Positions 1-10,013 are shown, counted from the stretch's first letter. The stretch: DNA of 64,000 nucleotides from an uncultured Bacteroidales bacterium (GCA_963790105.1 CAWBNI010000025.1:76638-140637); one strand, 5' to 3'. Notes: generated from the letters alone by a model not told the origin. A program made the numbers and translations.

Positions 1-1
1 A

Positions 2-79
2 CTGAACTATAACCACATTGCTGATCCCGCCATGTATGAACGGTCGCAGTTTATGAAATACTTCTCCGACTTTCAATAA
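2..79 (+). CDS. 3' end of an unidentified CDS entering from the left edge
   Basis: Open frame from the window edge (..LNYNHIADPAMYERSQFMKYFSDFQ) to TAA at 77-79. No motif I recognise. Confidence 0.25.
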   Translation: MNYNHIADPAMYERSQFMKYFSDFQ

Positions 80-87
80 CCGGGGCC

Positions 88-1373
88 ATGACCGCATACC
101 GGGTCCTTCTGACAATATTTCTTTGTCTGGCATGCCATACCCTCTTTGGCCAGGATACTATTTATGCCAGGGAAGTCATTGGCCGTTTATGTGATCAGAG
201 AATGCATGGACGGGGATATGTGCGAAACGGGGATCATAAAGCAGCAGATTACATCCGGCATCAGTTTGAAGAAGATGGGATTCTCCCATTTGAAACCGGC
301 TATTTTCAGACTTTTCCGATAAGCATAAACACTTTTCCCGGAGCCATGAAAGTGTCCCTGAATAAAAAGACACTTATTCCGGGACGTGATTTTATTGTCG
401 ATCCAGGCTCACCTGAATTAAAGGGAAGTTTTGTTCCTGTCTTACCTGAATGTATCCGATGTGCTGAAGGGCAAATCGGATACTTTATTGAATGGTGCCG
501 GCAATAGGGTGGTTATTGTGGATGCCCGGGACCTGGCAACAGAAAAAGCCGACCTGAAAAAATTATGGAACGAGTGGAAAAATTCACAGCAACTTAATAA
601 TCCGCACAAGATTAAAGCATTGATAGAGGTTACGGATGAAAACCTGGTTTTTGGCGCAGCTACGGGATTATCGCTCATTCCAATCATCATTATACGTGGC
701 TACGGCATATCATTATCCGGTTGCTTCAGTGGATATTCACATAGAAAATAAATATATCGGGGAATACCGGACTCAAAATGTGGCCGGCTATATTCCGGGA
801 ACAGCATGTCCCGATTCCTTTCTTGTATATACAGCTCATTACGACCATCTTGGAATGATGGGAAAGGGTACTTTTTTCCCCGGTGCAAATGACAATGCCA
901 GTGGTACGGCCCTGATGCTCGGACTGGCACGGTACTTTAGCCGGCATCCTCAACGGTATTCCGTTGTTTTTATTGGATTTACCGGTGAAGAAGCAGGTTT
1001 GCTTGGTTCAGGTTTTTTTGCAGATCATCCCTTAATCCGCCTGGCAAATATAAAGTTCCTGGTCAATCTCGACCTGGTGGGAACAGGAGTTGATGGCATC
1101 ACCGTGGTCAATGCAACAGAGTTCCCCGATCAGTTTAAAATGCTCAGTCAGATCAATGACACCGGCCGGTATCTGGTAAACATCAAAAAAAGGGGAAAGG
1201 CCTGCAATAGTGATCATTGTCCTTTTTATACCAGGGGTGTGCCCTGCTTCTTCATCTATACACTGGGCGGCATTGCGGCGTACCACAACCTCGATGACCG
1301 GCCTGAAACGCTCCCGCTCACCTCATTTGAAGGGCTGACGAAACTATTAATAGCTTTTGGGGAGCGCCAGTAA
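88..1373 (+). pseudogene. M28-family Zn aminopeptidase, frame broken twice
   Basis: ORF pieces 88-507, 431-751 and 636-1373 (frames 1>2>0) join into one protein. It has a signal peptide and M28 motifs HYDHLG, NDNASGTA and FTGEEAGLLGS. Both junctions behave as +1 nt. Confidence 0.8.
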
Positions 1374-1435
1374 ATTTTAGTTTTGCGGTTTTGCAGTTCG
1401 GCTATCCCGTCAGGGATAGTCTGTTGGTAGAAAGA

Positions 1436-1544
1436 AGTCGTCAGTCGTGCAGTCGTGCAGTCTGAAAAGCCTAGATACCTAGATGCCTAGATGCCTAGAT
1501 GCCTAATATGCCTAATCGTAAATCGTAAATCGTAAATCGTAAAT
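1436..1544. repeat. Composite short-tandem-repeat array (three word types)
   Basis: AGTCGTGC about x3 (1437-1462). GCCTAGAT x4 plus GCCTAAT x2 (1469-1516). CGTAAAT x4 (1517-1544). The last unit runs into the minus-strand TGA stop of 1544-2062. A hairpin CTATCCC-GTCA-GGGATAG lies just upstream at 1402-1419. Confidence 0.95.
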
Positions 1545-2062
1545 CATTCTATGCTCTCAATCACCTTCCTCAATTCCCTGAAAAGGGGAAGTTTGTCATC
1601 AATAACCAGGTTTTCTGACTGTCTGAGATACCGGATGCATTCTGTTCTGTCCTGGTCGGTTGCATTAGGAAACGATTCTTCCAGAACTGTAAATGCCTCC
1701 AATGAGGTAAGATAATCGGAATAGATAAACAATTTTGCGAATACCGGGAGATATTTGCTGAAATCGAGTCCCGATTGCCAGCATGCTGCCACAAAGCCTG
1801 GCAGTTGTTCACCGAAATCCATATTTTCAAGCGAAGAAGCAATGACGGGAACGGCATCCTGCGATTTGATTTCACCCAGAAGGTTAAGTATCTCTGACCG
1901 GATGATCAGGGGAGTGTCTTTTCTTATCATCTGAAACAGCACCGGCAACATTTTAATCGAACCTGAATTCCGGATCTCATATATTGCGGGGATAGCCTGA
2001 TCCGGATCAAGTGATTCAAGTGCGCGGTTCCATTCTCTTTCAATGATGCTTTGCTTTTCCAT
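1544..2062 (-). CDS. Hypothetical protein, helical (HEAT/armadillo-like) repeats
   Basis: Intact 172-aa ORF with repeated helical segments (PVLFQMI.., ILNLLGEIKSQDAVPVIASSL). No catalytic motif. Confidence 0.45.
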   Translation of the reverse strand: MEKQSIIEREWNRALESLDPDQAIPAIYEIRNSGSIKMLPVLFQMIRKDTPLIIRSEILNLLGEIKSQDAVPVIASSLENMDFGEQLPGFVAACWQSGLDFSKYLPVFAKLFIYSDYLTSLEAFTVLEESFPNATDQDRTECIRYLRQSENLVIDDKLPLFRELRKVIESIE

Positions 2063-2105
2063 GATTAAAATTTTTCATAATAAGATACGGTCATGCACAA
2101 GTTGT

Positions 2106-3444
2106 TCATTCATGAACCGAAGTCCCGTATTCAATAAGCAGAATCCGGGAGGTCTTGTCTGTAAATCTATACCGGTCATCAATCCGGTGATTCACAACCC
2201 AAATGATATTCCCGGAGGATTCAATCACCCACACATGTTGTTTGTCGGGCAGGGGTACCTTATTGTCAATCAGAAAATCACTGATCTTTTTCGTTCCCTT
2301 CATTCCGAGCGGGTGAAAATGATCGCCGGCTCTCCATCGCCGCAAGGTAAGGGGAAAGACAAGCCGGTCGAAATCCAGAACAGCATATCTGTTTTCCGGA
2401 GGGACTGTATAACCCGGATTCACTTTTAAATTGCTAAAAATGAGATGAACAGGATATGTAACAAGAGCGGTGTCAGCATCGATTTCCATCTCGCTGTCAA
2501 TAGGAACCTCGTTTTTTGTAATTATAAGATGGGTACGGTCTCTTGTGATTAAATGGGTGCGGGTAATGAAACGCTTTCCGGGAGTGGCTTCAAACGAGGA
2601 CATAATGGACCGGACAAGAATTGGCGTACAGCCAAATTCCCTTAATAGTTCAAAAAGCAATGTTTCAACTGCCGGGTATTCGGTAAGCTTTTCAATGTCA
2701 ATAAGGAATTTGTCGGGCAATTCTATCCAAACCGATTTTTTTATTTGTGCCAATGCCAGATTGAGCAATTGTTCAGTTTGACTGAGCCGCGAAATCGTAT
2801 CCGTGGCATTTTGCATGAAGGCCGGATTGATGGCTTCAAATTCGGGAATCAGAACATGCCGGATGCGGTTACGGATATACTTCGTTTCGGCATTCGATGA
2901 GTCTTCCCGCCAGGTAAGCGAATGAGCATCAGCATATTTACGGATCTCTGCCCGTGATGCAAATAATAAGGGCCTTATTAAGAATCCATGCCTCGCCCGA
3001 ATTCCTGAGAGACCACGAATACCGCTTCCACGTGCGAAATTGATAAGAACGGTTTCCACCATATCATTGCGGTTATGACCTGTAGCTATAAAGTCATATC
3101 CGTTCTTTTCCCTGATGTCTTCAAACCATTCATATCTCAGATCCCGGGCAGCCATTTGAATGGATATCCCGTTTTTTGCTGGCATAATCCTGCGTATCAA
3201 AATGGTTAACAAAACAACTGACATTCATCCGCAGGGCCAGCTTTTCAACAAAAGCCTGGTCACCGTCCGATTCCTCACCTCGTAAATGAAAATTGCAATG
3301 CGCAAAATCGAAATCAATGCCGGCCGTATGAAAAAGTTCAGCCAGTACCACTGAATCAATGCCTCCGCTTACAGTGAGCAAAAACCGCTTTTCCGGTGAA
3401 CACCGGCAGATTAGTTTCAGGTATCTTTCAAATTCCTTTTGCAT
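2106..3444 (-). pseudogene. tilS: tRNA(Ile)-lysidine synthase TilS, one frameshift
   Basis: The N-terminal piece 3130-3444 carries the PP-loop SGGIDS. The C-terminal piece 2106-3224 continues the TilS body. The two join (..DYASK|NGISIQMAARDLRYEWF) if the T6 run at 3172-3177 (A6 on the coding strand) is one nt shorter. Confidence 0.85.
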
Positions 3445-3493
3445 AATTCAGATATTCCGGCAATAGGAAAGTTATCTAATTTTTTGGAATAAT

Positions 3494-3523
3494 AAAAAAC
3501 CTGACAGGTTGAACACTGTCAGG
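3494..3523 (-). terminator. Rho-independent terminator after the peroxiredoxin gene
   Basis: 8-bp stem CCTGACAG/CTGTCAGG (3500-3507 / 3516-3523), followed on the minus strand by a T-run (A-run 3494-3499 on plus). Confidence 0.7.
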
Positions 3524-3549
3524 TCAGATAGTAAAGGAAGAATAAGTAC

Positions 3550-4182
3550 TTACTTTGATGCAAGATACGAAGCAACACTATCCTGTGTTTCTTTCATGCC
3601 TTTATCACCCTTATGCCAGTCGGCCGGGCAAACTTCACCGTTTTCTTCACTAAATTGAAGTGCGTCGATAACCCTTATGGCTTCATCAATACTTCGGCCT
3701 ATAGGCATATCATTTACCAGCTGGTGCCTGACAATTCCCTGTTTGTCAATTAAGAACAAACCGCGATAAGCCTTGGGTGAACCAATAAATATAGCCTGGC
3801 CTGCCTCATTATAATCATATGTTCCGGCCAGTACATCGTAATTCTCTGAGATCGTTTTTGCAAGGTCAGCAACCAGGGGATACTTTACACCCTTGATGCC
3901 ACCATCTTTCTTTTCCGTTTGCAGCCATTTCCAATGTGAATATTCTGAATCAACAGAACAGCCTACCACTGCCACATTACGTTTTTCAAATTCTTCAATT
4001 TTATTTTGGAATGCAATAATTTCTGTAGGACATACAAAAGTAAAATCGGCAGGATAAAAATAGAATAAAACATATTTTTTACCCAGATACTGGTCGAGTG
4101 AAAATTCCTCAACTATCTGATCGCCGTTTAATACTGCTTTTGCACTAAATGAAGGTGCTTTCTTACCAACTAATACAGCCAT
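3550..4182 (-). CDS. Typical 2-Cys peroxiredoxin (AhpC/Prx1 family)
   Basis: Intact 210 aa. Peroxidatic motif FYPADFTFVCPTEI and resolving Cys in GEVCPADW. Confidence 0.9.
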   Translation of the reverse strand: MAVLVGKKAPSFSAKAVLNGDQIVEEFSLDQYLGKKYVLFYFYPADFTFVCPTEIIAFQNKIEEFEKRNVAVVGCSVDSEYSHWKWLQTEKKDGGIKGVKYPLVADLAKTISENYDVLAGTYDYNEAGQAIFIGSPKAYRGLFLIDKQGIVRHQLVNDMPIGRSIDEAIRVIDALQFSEENGEVCPADWHKGDKGMKETQDSVASYLASK

Positions 4183-4331
4183 GATATAAGTGATTTAATT
4201 ATATAAAGGAATAATTTGTTTAACAGAGTGCAAAAATAGTTAAATTAGTTTTATTTAATTCGAATATCTCCATCCTTCGATGTAATGAACTTTTATGTAT
4301 CACTTGCAGAAAATAAGAAATAGATAACAAA

Positions 4332-7028
4332 ATGAAGAAATTACGATTTATAGTTTTTATCTGCTTTTTGATTAATACAGTCAGTTTCTGTGGAACTATT
4401 TCAGATAAGTCCGGAACCGTAAATATTTTCGTGGAATGGCAAAATGAAAAGGCGTCGGGGACCATCGATGTGCTAAACGGCAAATTGGAGAACCTTGCCC
4501 TGGTCAAAGGAAGGGGTAAAGCCAGTGGAAATCATTTTGAATTTAACACTGACGGTCAAAACCGGATTCAGATTTCCCTGGAGGACGTGAATACAGGTCC
4601 GGGAAGCGGGACAACCCTGGTATCCATTCGTACAGGCTATAATTCCTTTTCTTTCTTTTTGAGAGATGTCAGTGCTGATTATCCGATCTGGATCCCGCAA
4701 TATCATGTTGTTGTATGCCAGTCAGGAGATAGTCGTTCCTACAGTCAAATAGAAACGGATATAAAGAACCGGAATCTTCAGTCAAAACGTTTGATAATGG
4801 AGAATGAGCCTGAAGAATCCTATGATTCGGCCGCAAGCCATACCCGAAACCAGATTTGCCCAACCTGGCTGGGAATTAGCCGCGATGTGAGAATATTTGA
4901 AATGGGATTGCCCCAGGATATGGAAACTATAATTCCGAGAATGGCTTCTTCGGACGCTAAAATTGCCGAAACCAATAACAATGGCGAAACATACTGTTAC
5001 CTGGCAGGACGGGGACAAAGTGTTGAACCGAATGCCCCGAGAAGGCTTGAAGACGGAGTATTGCCAATACTCCACACTACTCTTCTTGATGATGGCATTG
5101 AATATTATACAACTTCCTTCGTTTCGCTGGAATCTACCTCCCTGAATTCAAACTCACCTATTGGCACCCATTACCTTGTTGCGGACAGTTGCAGTTATGG
5201 TCACATGTTTACCAGGGAACAGAGGGAGACGGTAAAATTACGGTTCCAGGATGAGTTAAACAAAAGCGAAGAAACCGTTTTGTATTACCGGGCAGTGGCT
5301 ACCAATACATCATCTGTCCCGCGCTATGCATGGTTTAGAACCATCAAACCCGGCAGGGGCTGGTGGGATAAGAAAAGTTATTCTTATGACAGGGCAACCG
5401 GTTTTTCGAGTTATTCCGCTGACAGGGTTTTCGGGATTTCAAAACTAAACGGAAGTCCGCTGCCCGATGAGGAGATCGCAGTTTTGCTGAAGCCCAATGA
5501 AAAAGCAGTTTTTGAGTTCTGCCTGCCTCACAGTCCGGTTTCGAAAGTCAGGGCTGAACTGCTTTCAGGTCAATCCTTTACAGATAGATTTGAAGAATGT
5601 AAAAAATTCTGGCAGGAAAAGCTGTCCCATGCTGCCCGGATCAGGTTGCCTGAAAAACGTATTGAAGAAATGATACAGGCCGGGTTATTGCATCTCGATC
5701 TGATCACCTATGGTCTTGAACCGGACGGCGTTCTGGCACCTTGCATTGGAGTCTATTCACCTATCGGCACGGAAAGTTCACCCATTATGCAGTTTTATAA
5801 CAGCATGGGACTTCAGGAAACTGCCAGGCGATCCCTTATGTATTTTCTTGACAAACAGCATGACGACGGGATGATCCAGAATTTCGGGGGCTATATGGTT
5901 GAAACGGGGGCTGCCCTCTGGAGCATGGGTGAATATTACCGGTATACACATGATACCGCCTGGGTGAAACAGATTGAACCCAAACTGCTGAAATCATGTG
6001 AGTTTCTCCTGCAATGGAGGGAACGGAATAAAAAGGAAAGCCTTCGCGGTAAGGGATATGGAATGATTGATGGAAAAGTGGCAGACCCTGAAGATCCGTT
6101 TCACCAGTATATGCTCAACGCATATGCCTACCTGGGCATGAGCCGGGTGGCTGAAATGCTGCATGATATAGATTTGTCAAATTCAAACCGGTTGAAAAAG
6201 GAAGCGGAATCATGGAAACAAGACATCCGGACATCATTTGTCAATTCCATGGCCGGTTCACCGGTAGTGCCTTTGGGTGACGGAACCTGGTGTCCGACCG
6301 TTCCACCCTGGACTGAAGCCAGGGCATTGAGACTGCTTTACCTGAACAATGAAACTTTCCTTTCCCATGGAACATTTACGGTTTCGGATGCTATGCTCGG
6401 TCCCCTGTACCTTATCTTTTGCGAGGTGCTTGATCCAGGGGAGCCGGTTTCGCGAATGCTCCTGGATTACCACCAGGAATTGTTTTATCAGCGTAATGCA
6501 GCATTTAGCCAGCCATACTACAGCAGGCATAATTGGGTTCAGCTGAAACTTGGCATGACAAAACCTTTTCTGAAAACCTATTATAATACTTTTTCAGCAC
6601 TGTCTGATCGTGATACCTATACTTTTTGGGAGCATTTGTATAAAGTCAGTGTCCATAAAACACATGAAGAGGCCTGGTTTCTGATGGAAACCCGTTGGAT
6701 GCTTTACCTGGAAGAGGACCAATCGTTGAAATTACTTGCCGGAGTCCCCAGGAAATGGCTGGAGAATGGCAAAGAAATTGAGGTAACCAATGCTGCCAGT
6801 TATTTTGGACCGCTCTCGTTCCGGGTTGTCTCAAATACCGATAAAGGATATATTGAAGCAACCATTGAATGCAAATCGGAACGAATGCCTCAGCAGGTTA
6901 TCCTGAGAATACCTCATCCCGCGCTTAAAAATCCTGTAAAGGTTACCGGAGGATCATACAACGAGGCAGATGAAACCATAACGATAAAACCATTTAATGG
7001 CACAGCCAGCATCAGACTGGAATATTGA
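4332..7028 (+). CDS. Large secreted protein of unknown function, possibly (alpha/alpha)6-barrel glycoside-hydrolase-like
   Basis: Intact 898 aa with a signal peptide. The C-terminal two-thirds is helix-rich with segments such as GGYMVETGAALWSMGEYYRYTHD and NAYAYLGMSRVAEML. The fold call is my impression only. Confidence 0.4.
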   Translation: MKKLRFIVFICFLINTVSFCGTISDKSGTVNIFVEWQNEKASGTIDVLNGKLENLALVKGRGKASGNHFEFNTDGQNRIQISLEDVNTGPGSGTTLVSIRTGYNSFSFFLRDVSADYPIWIPQYHVVVCQSGDSRSYSQIETDIKNRNLQSKRLIMENEPEESYDSAASHTRNQICPTWLGISRDVRIFEMGLPQDMETIIPRMASSDAKIAETNNNGETYCYLAGRGQSVEPNAPRRLEDGVLPILHTTLLDDGIEYYTTSFVSLESTSLNSNSPIGTHYLVADSCSYGHMFTREQRETVKLRFQDELNKSEETVLYYRAVATNTSSVPRYAWFRTIKPGRGWWDKKSYSYDRATGFSSYSADRVFGISKLNGSPLPDEEIAVLLKPNEKAVFEFCLPHSPVSKVRAELLSGQSFTDRFEECKKFWQEKLSHAARIRLPEKRIEEMIQAGLLHLDLITYGLEPDGVLAPCIGVYSPIGTESSPIMQFYNSMGLQETARRSLMYFLDKQHDDGMIQNFGGYMVETGAALWSMGEYYRYTHDTAWVKQIEPKLLKSCEFLLQWRERNKKESLRGKGYGMIDGKVADPEDPFHQYMLNAYAYLGMSRVAEMLHDIDLSNSNRLKKEAESWKQDIRTSFVNSMAGSPVVPLGDGTWCPTVPPWTEARALRLLYLNNETFLSHGTFTVSDAMLGPLYLIFCEVLDPGEPVSRMLLDYHQELFYQRNAAFSQPYYSRHNWVQLKLGMTKPFLKTYYNTFSALSDRDTYTFWEHLYKVSVHKTHEEAWFLMETRWMLYLEEDQSLKLLAGVPRKWLENGKEIEVTNAASYFGPLSFRVVSNTDKGYIEATIECKSERMPQQVILRIPHPALKNPVKVTGGSYNEADETITIKPFNGTASIRLEY

Positions 7029-7444
7029 TTGAAGTATCCTGTTGTCAGCCGGGCAGTTTTTAGAAGTAGTTGCCACAGGTAGGGCACAAAGATGATAAGG
7101 CCCGATATCACAGCTATAAAGGAGGACAGCAGGACCACGGCTGCCGAGATATCCTTGATCACCCGGATCTGCTCATTTTTTTGAGGAGATACAATATCCG
7201 ACAATTTTTCAATGGTGGTATTGATCATTTCAGCCGTCAGCACCAATCCCATGCATAATAGCACCAGTACCCATTCCACTCGCCTTATATGAAGCAGAAA
7301 TCCCATGATCAGCACTACACCCGATATGAACAAATGTATTCTTGCGTTATGTTCATATCGAACAATATATATAAATCCCTGGGCAGCGTACCTGAAACTT
7401 TTCAGCCTTGCCGATATTGAAAACTGGTTATCTGACTTTTCCAT
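6914..7444 (-). CDS. dgkA: Diacylglycerol/undecaprenol kinase (DgkA family) with an over-long C-terminal tail
   Basis: Motifs YEHNARIH, TAEMINTTIEKLSD and KDISAAVVLL, plus three TM helices. The last ~45 codons overlap the convergent 4332-7028 CDS by 115 bp and look non-native. Confidence 0.7.
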   Translation of the reverse strand: MEKSDNQFSISARLKSFRYAAQGFIYIVRYEHNARIHLFISGVVLIMGFLLHIRRVEWVLVLLCMGLVLTAEMINTTIEKLSDIVSPQKNEQIRVIKDISAAVVLLSSFIAVISGLIIFVPYLWQLLLKTARLTTGYFNQYSSLMLAVPLNGFIVMVSSASLYDPPVTFTGFLSAG

Positions 7445-7482
7445 GGTCCTTTTTTTTCTGTCCTGCTAAATTAAGATTTCCT

Positions 7483-7986
7483 TTATATTAATTTGATTTT
7501 TATGCGTTTAAACCTGTTCAGGTCAAATACATCACCCATCAGCGTTTCACCATTTACCTTCAAATAAAGTTCTGTCGGATTTCCCGGTACATCAAAAACA
7601 AGCTTTGTTTGCTCTGAGGATCCATTGCCAGTGTTGTAAGTTGAACGCCATTCAAACGGTTCCTTTATGTTGAGCAGTCGTTGGGCTGCTGCAATATTTT
7701 CATATTTGTCGCCTTTTTCGGAAATAACATAAGCAATCCGGTTATCCCATTTATGGCCAACTCTTTTTGCATTATTTTCGACCTCAAAGGTGACAATGTA
7801 AAAGGTACCGCCGGCAAGCATCCGAACGCTGTCCGCAACAATGGATTTTCTTTTTTCAACCGCTGTAACACGGTAATTAAAATCGTCATGATGTATATTC
7901 TCATTCAGGCCGATAACTGTATCGGACCGACTGCAGCCATATCCGAAAACCATAAACAAAGCAATTGAAATAACTGCATTTTTCAT
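7483..7986 (-). CDS. Hypothetical lipoprotein (DUF4352-like beta-sandwich?)
   Basis: Intact 167 aa. Signal peptide with a lipobox-like VFGYGC|S. Confidence 0.45.
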   Translation of the reverse strand: MKNAVISIALFMVFGYGCSRSDTVIGLNENIHHDDFNYRVTAVEKRKSIVADSVRMLAGGTFYIVTFEVENNAKRVGHKWDNRIAYVISEKGDKYENIAAAQRLLNIKEPFEWRSTYNTGNGSSEQTKLVFDVPGNPTELYLKVNGETLMGDVFDLNRFKRIKIKLI

Positions 7987-8017
7987 AGGAATTACTTTTA
8001 AGTTTTATACTTGAAAA

Positions 8018-9346
8018 TCATTCAACTGGCGAATGTGGTTTCACCGATGAATACCAGTCGATTTTACGTGAAAAGTACATGACAAGTCCCAGTATGAATA
8101 CCAGTCCAACGTTACCAATGATCAAAGAATAATTTGCCAGCTGCAGAATTACAAACAGGTAGATATAAAGTGCAGCCAGTGTCATTGTAACAGTCAGCGT
8201 TACTTGTTTTTTGGAATAAAGTGAATTAGCAAACGCTGCAATCATTCCGATAATCACAATGCTTGCGATGAGGTAGGCAATAGTGAAGGGAATATACTCA
8301 GCCAGCGCAGTCAGTAACGAATAGAATATGCATAAGGCAATACCCACCAGGAGATAATTGAAGATATGGATCCGCACGGACGTCATGATCTCGGCAAAGA
8401 AGAATACAAGAAAGGTAAGCACGATAAAAAGGATTGCATACTTTGCAGATCGCATCGATTTCTGATAGGTATCAACCTGGGTTATAAGGTCAACACCAAA
8501 GGATGATTCATCAACTTTATATTGATTATCAATCCATTGCTGCGGGTAATTCCGGTTTAGCTGAAGAATATTCCAGTGGGCAGTAAATCCCTTATCATCC
8601 ACTTTCTGATTGTCGGGTATGAAAGCTCCCTTAAACCTGGGTGCAGTCCAGGTGGATACCAGGTCAACATTGGTTTCTTTACCGAGAGGGATGAAATTCA
8701 GGCCTGAGCTTCCGTTCAAATCTACATCAAAGGAGAATGCCACAGGGGATGAAAAATTGATCTTTACCCGCGCATGTACACCTGAAGGTACTATTTCCCG
8801 GCTTATTGTACCGGGTATGACAGGCGATACAGAATCACCCCAGTGTACCTGGATGTTTTGGTTTATTCCCCGCATATCGGGTATACCAATTTCAATCCAT
8901 GCGTCAAGGCCGGAAATTTCTTCCTTTGAGATTTTCAGCGATTCCAGGTCAGGAGGCATGAAATTACCGGTTACATGAAGTTTTGACCGGTAGGTGACCA
9001 CACGGTAAATCCCCCTGTGCCTTACTTCCGGTTCGGCATTCCCGGTTATTTTAAGGTTCTCGGGAAGAAAATGTACATACCGGGTAGTGGTTCCGGTTGA
9101 ATTCTCACCGGCCTTCGGTAATGTAACGACCTGAAGTGTAAGAACTGGGGCTGTAAGTGTCTGTTCATTTCCCCATAGGGAGGTTACCTCACTGATCGTT
9201 TCGTTGCTTCGTTGTTCCCTTTCGCGGATAAGGTTCATTATCATCAATGACGGTATCAGTAATAAAAGCGATAAAAAGGCAATCAGGACAAGCTTAAGAC
9301 CCACGGAGTTAAACAGGCTGTTTTTTACTTTTTCTAAATTTTCCAT
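8018..9346 (-). CDS. creD: Cell-envelope integrity inner-membrane protein CreD
   Basis: Intact 442 aa. N-terminal TM helix, a large periplasmic domain and a C-terminal bundle of 5 TM helices. The N-terminus (LIPSLMIMNLIREREQRSNETISEVTSLWG) is typical of the CreD family. Confidence 0.8.
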   Translation of the reverse strand: MENLEKVKNSLFNSVGLKLVLIAFLSLLLLIPSLMIMNLIREREQRSNETISEVTSLWGNEQTLTAPVLTLQVVTLPKAGENSTGTTTRYVHFLPENLKITGNAEPEVRHRGIYRVVTYRSKLHVTGNFMPPDLESLKISKEEISGLDAWIEIGIPDMRGINQNIQVHWGDSVSPVIPGTISREIVPSGVHARVKINFSSPVAFSFDVDLNGSSGLNFIPLGKETNVDLVSTWTAPRFKGAFIPDNQKVDDKGFTAHWNILQLNRNYPQQWIDNQYKVDESSFGVDLITQVDTYQKSMRSAKYAILFIVLTFLVFFFAEIMTSVRIHIFNYLLVGIALCIFYSLLTALAEYIPFTIAYLIASIVIIGMIAAFANSLYSKKQVTLTVTMTLAALYIYLFVILQLANYSLIIGNVGLVFILGLVMYFSRKIDWYSSVKPHSPVE

Positions 9347-9367
9347 AGTTTTTGAGATTTTAAAAGT

Positions 9368-9384
9368 ACTTTGTTATTCAAAGT
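9368..9384. promoter_or_regulatory. Palindrome ACTTTG-N5-CAAAGT just upstream of creD
   Basis: ACTTTGTTATTCAAAGT lies 21 nt from the creD ATG. It is preceded by TAAAAGT, the same 13-mer context as the site at 10663-10679. Confidence 0.4.
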
Positions 9385-9401
9385 TAATAGATAAAAAAAA
9401 A

Positions 9402-9438
9402 GGCTAGTATGGCTGTTAGAGGCTGTTAGGCTGTAGGC
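9402..9438. repeat. GGCTGTTA-type tandem words
   Basis: GGCTAGTAT GGCTGTTAGA GGCTGTTAG GCTGTAG. The same word family occurs at 19782-19830. Confidence 0.9.
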
Positions 9439-9443
9439 CGTAA

Positions 9444-9567
9444 AATCCGCTTTAAGGATTATATGATTGGTAGAAAAGGATTTAGCGGCAGCCTATAAAT
9501 CCCGAAGGGATTAAATTTGAGTGGATCGCAATTGTTTTTTCTACCGACAGGCAATCCCCAGGGGATT
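9444..9567. other. Cluster of AATCC(C)/(G)GGATT inverted-repeat modules
   Basis: AATCC-N7-GGATT (9444-9460), GGATTT (9478-9483), AATCCC-GAA-GGGATT (9498-9512) and AATCCCC-A-GGGGATT (9553-9567). These allow alternative pairings. Confidence 0.8.
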
Positions 9568-9579
9568 TCACTCTTTTCA

Positions 9580-9690
9580 CATTATTCATTATTCATTTTT
9601 AGTTCATTGTTCTGTTTAAAAGGATTCCTTACTCCCTACTCCTCTACTTCTCCTCGTCCCTACTGTCTCCCTCGTCCCTCGTCCCTAATC
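9580..9690. repeat. ATTATTC x2 followed by CTTACTC/CCTACTC/CTCGTCC word stutter
   Basis: CATTATTCATTATTCATTTTT (9580-9600). CCTTACTCCCTACTCCTCTACTTCTCCTCGTCCCTACTGTCTCCCTCGTCCCTCGTCCCTAATC (9627-9690). The last 30 nt encode the C-terminal RDEGRGRQ of the 9660-9920 CDS. Confidence 0.9.
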
Positions 9691-9920
9691 AGCATGGCCA
9701 GGTAATCCAAATGTTCCCTGAAAGCAGTCTTTCCTTCGGGAGTTGCCATATACTTCGTATTTGGCTTGCGACCGATGAATTGCTTCTTTACTTCAATGAG
9801 CCGGTTTTTTTCAAGAGCGGAAAGATGACTCGCCAGGTTACCATCGGTTATATCAAGCAAATCTTTCAGCGTAACAAAATCTACGGATTCATTTACCATT
9901 AATACTGACATAATACCCAA
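9660..9920 (-). CDS. Small winged-helix transcriptional regulator
   Basis: 86 aa from a TTG start. wHTH-like core: LKDLLDITDGNLASHLSALEKNRLIEVKKQFIGRKPNTKYMATPEGKTAF. The tail is supplied by the repeat array. Confidence 0.6.
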   Translation of the reverse strand: MGIMSVLMVNESVDFVTLKDLLDITDGNLASHLSALEKNRLIEVKKQFIGRKPNTKYMATPEGKTAFREHLDYLAMLIRDEGRGRQ

Positions 9921-9983
9921 CCTGATCCTGCTTTCAAATTGCTTATTTAATTTTGAAATTAATTCCTTAACCTGTTACACTAT

Positions 9984-10013
9984 TTCATTTTTCACTTTTT
10001 CACTTTTCACTTG
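9984..10013. repeat. TTTT(T)CAC x3 stutter
   Basis: TTTCATTTTTCACTTTTTCACTTTTCACTTG. It overlaps the stop and last codons (GTSEK*) of 10000-10653. Confidence 0.9.

Noticed and set aside
4220-4507. A 95-aa minus-strand ORF overlapping the start of the 898-aa gene
   Set aside because: It overlaps the promoter and signal-peptide region of a much better supported gene. The translation is low-complexity with no motif.
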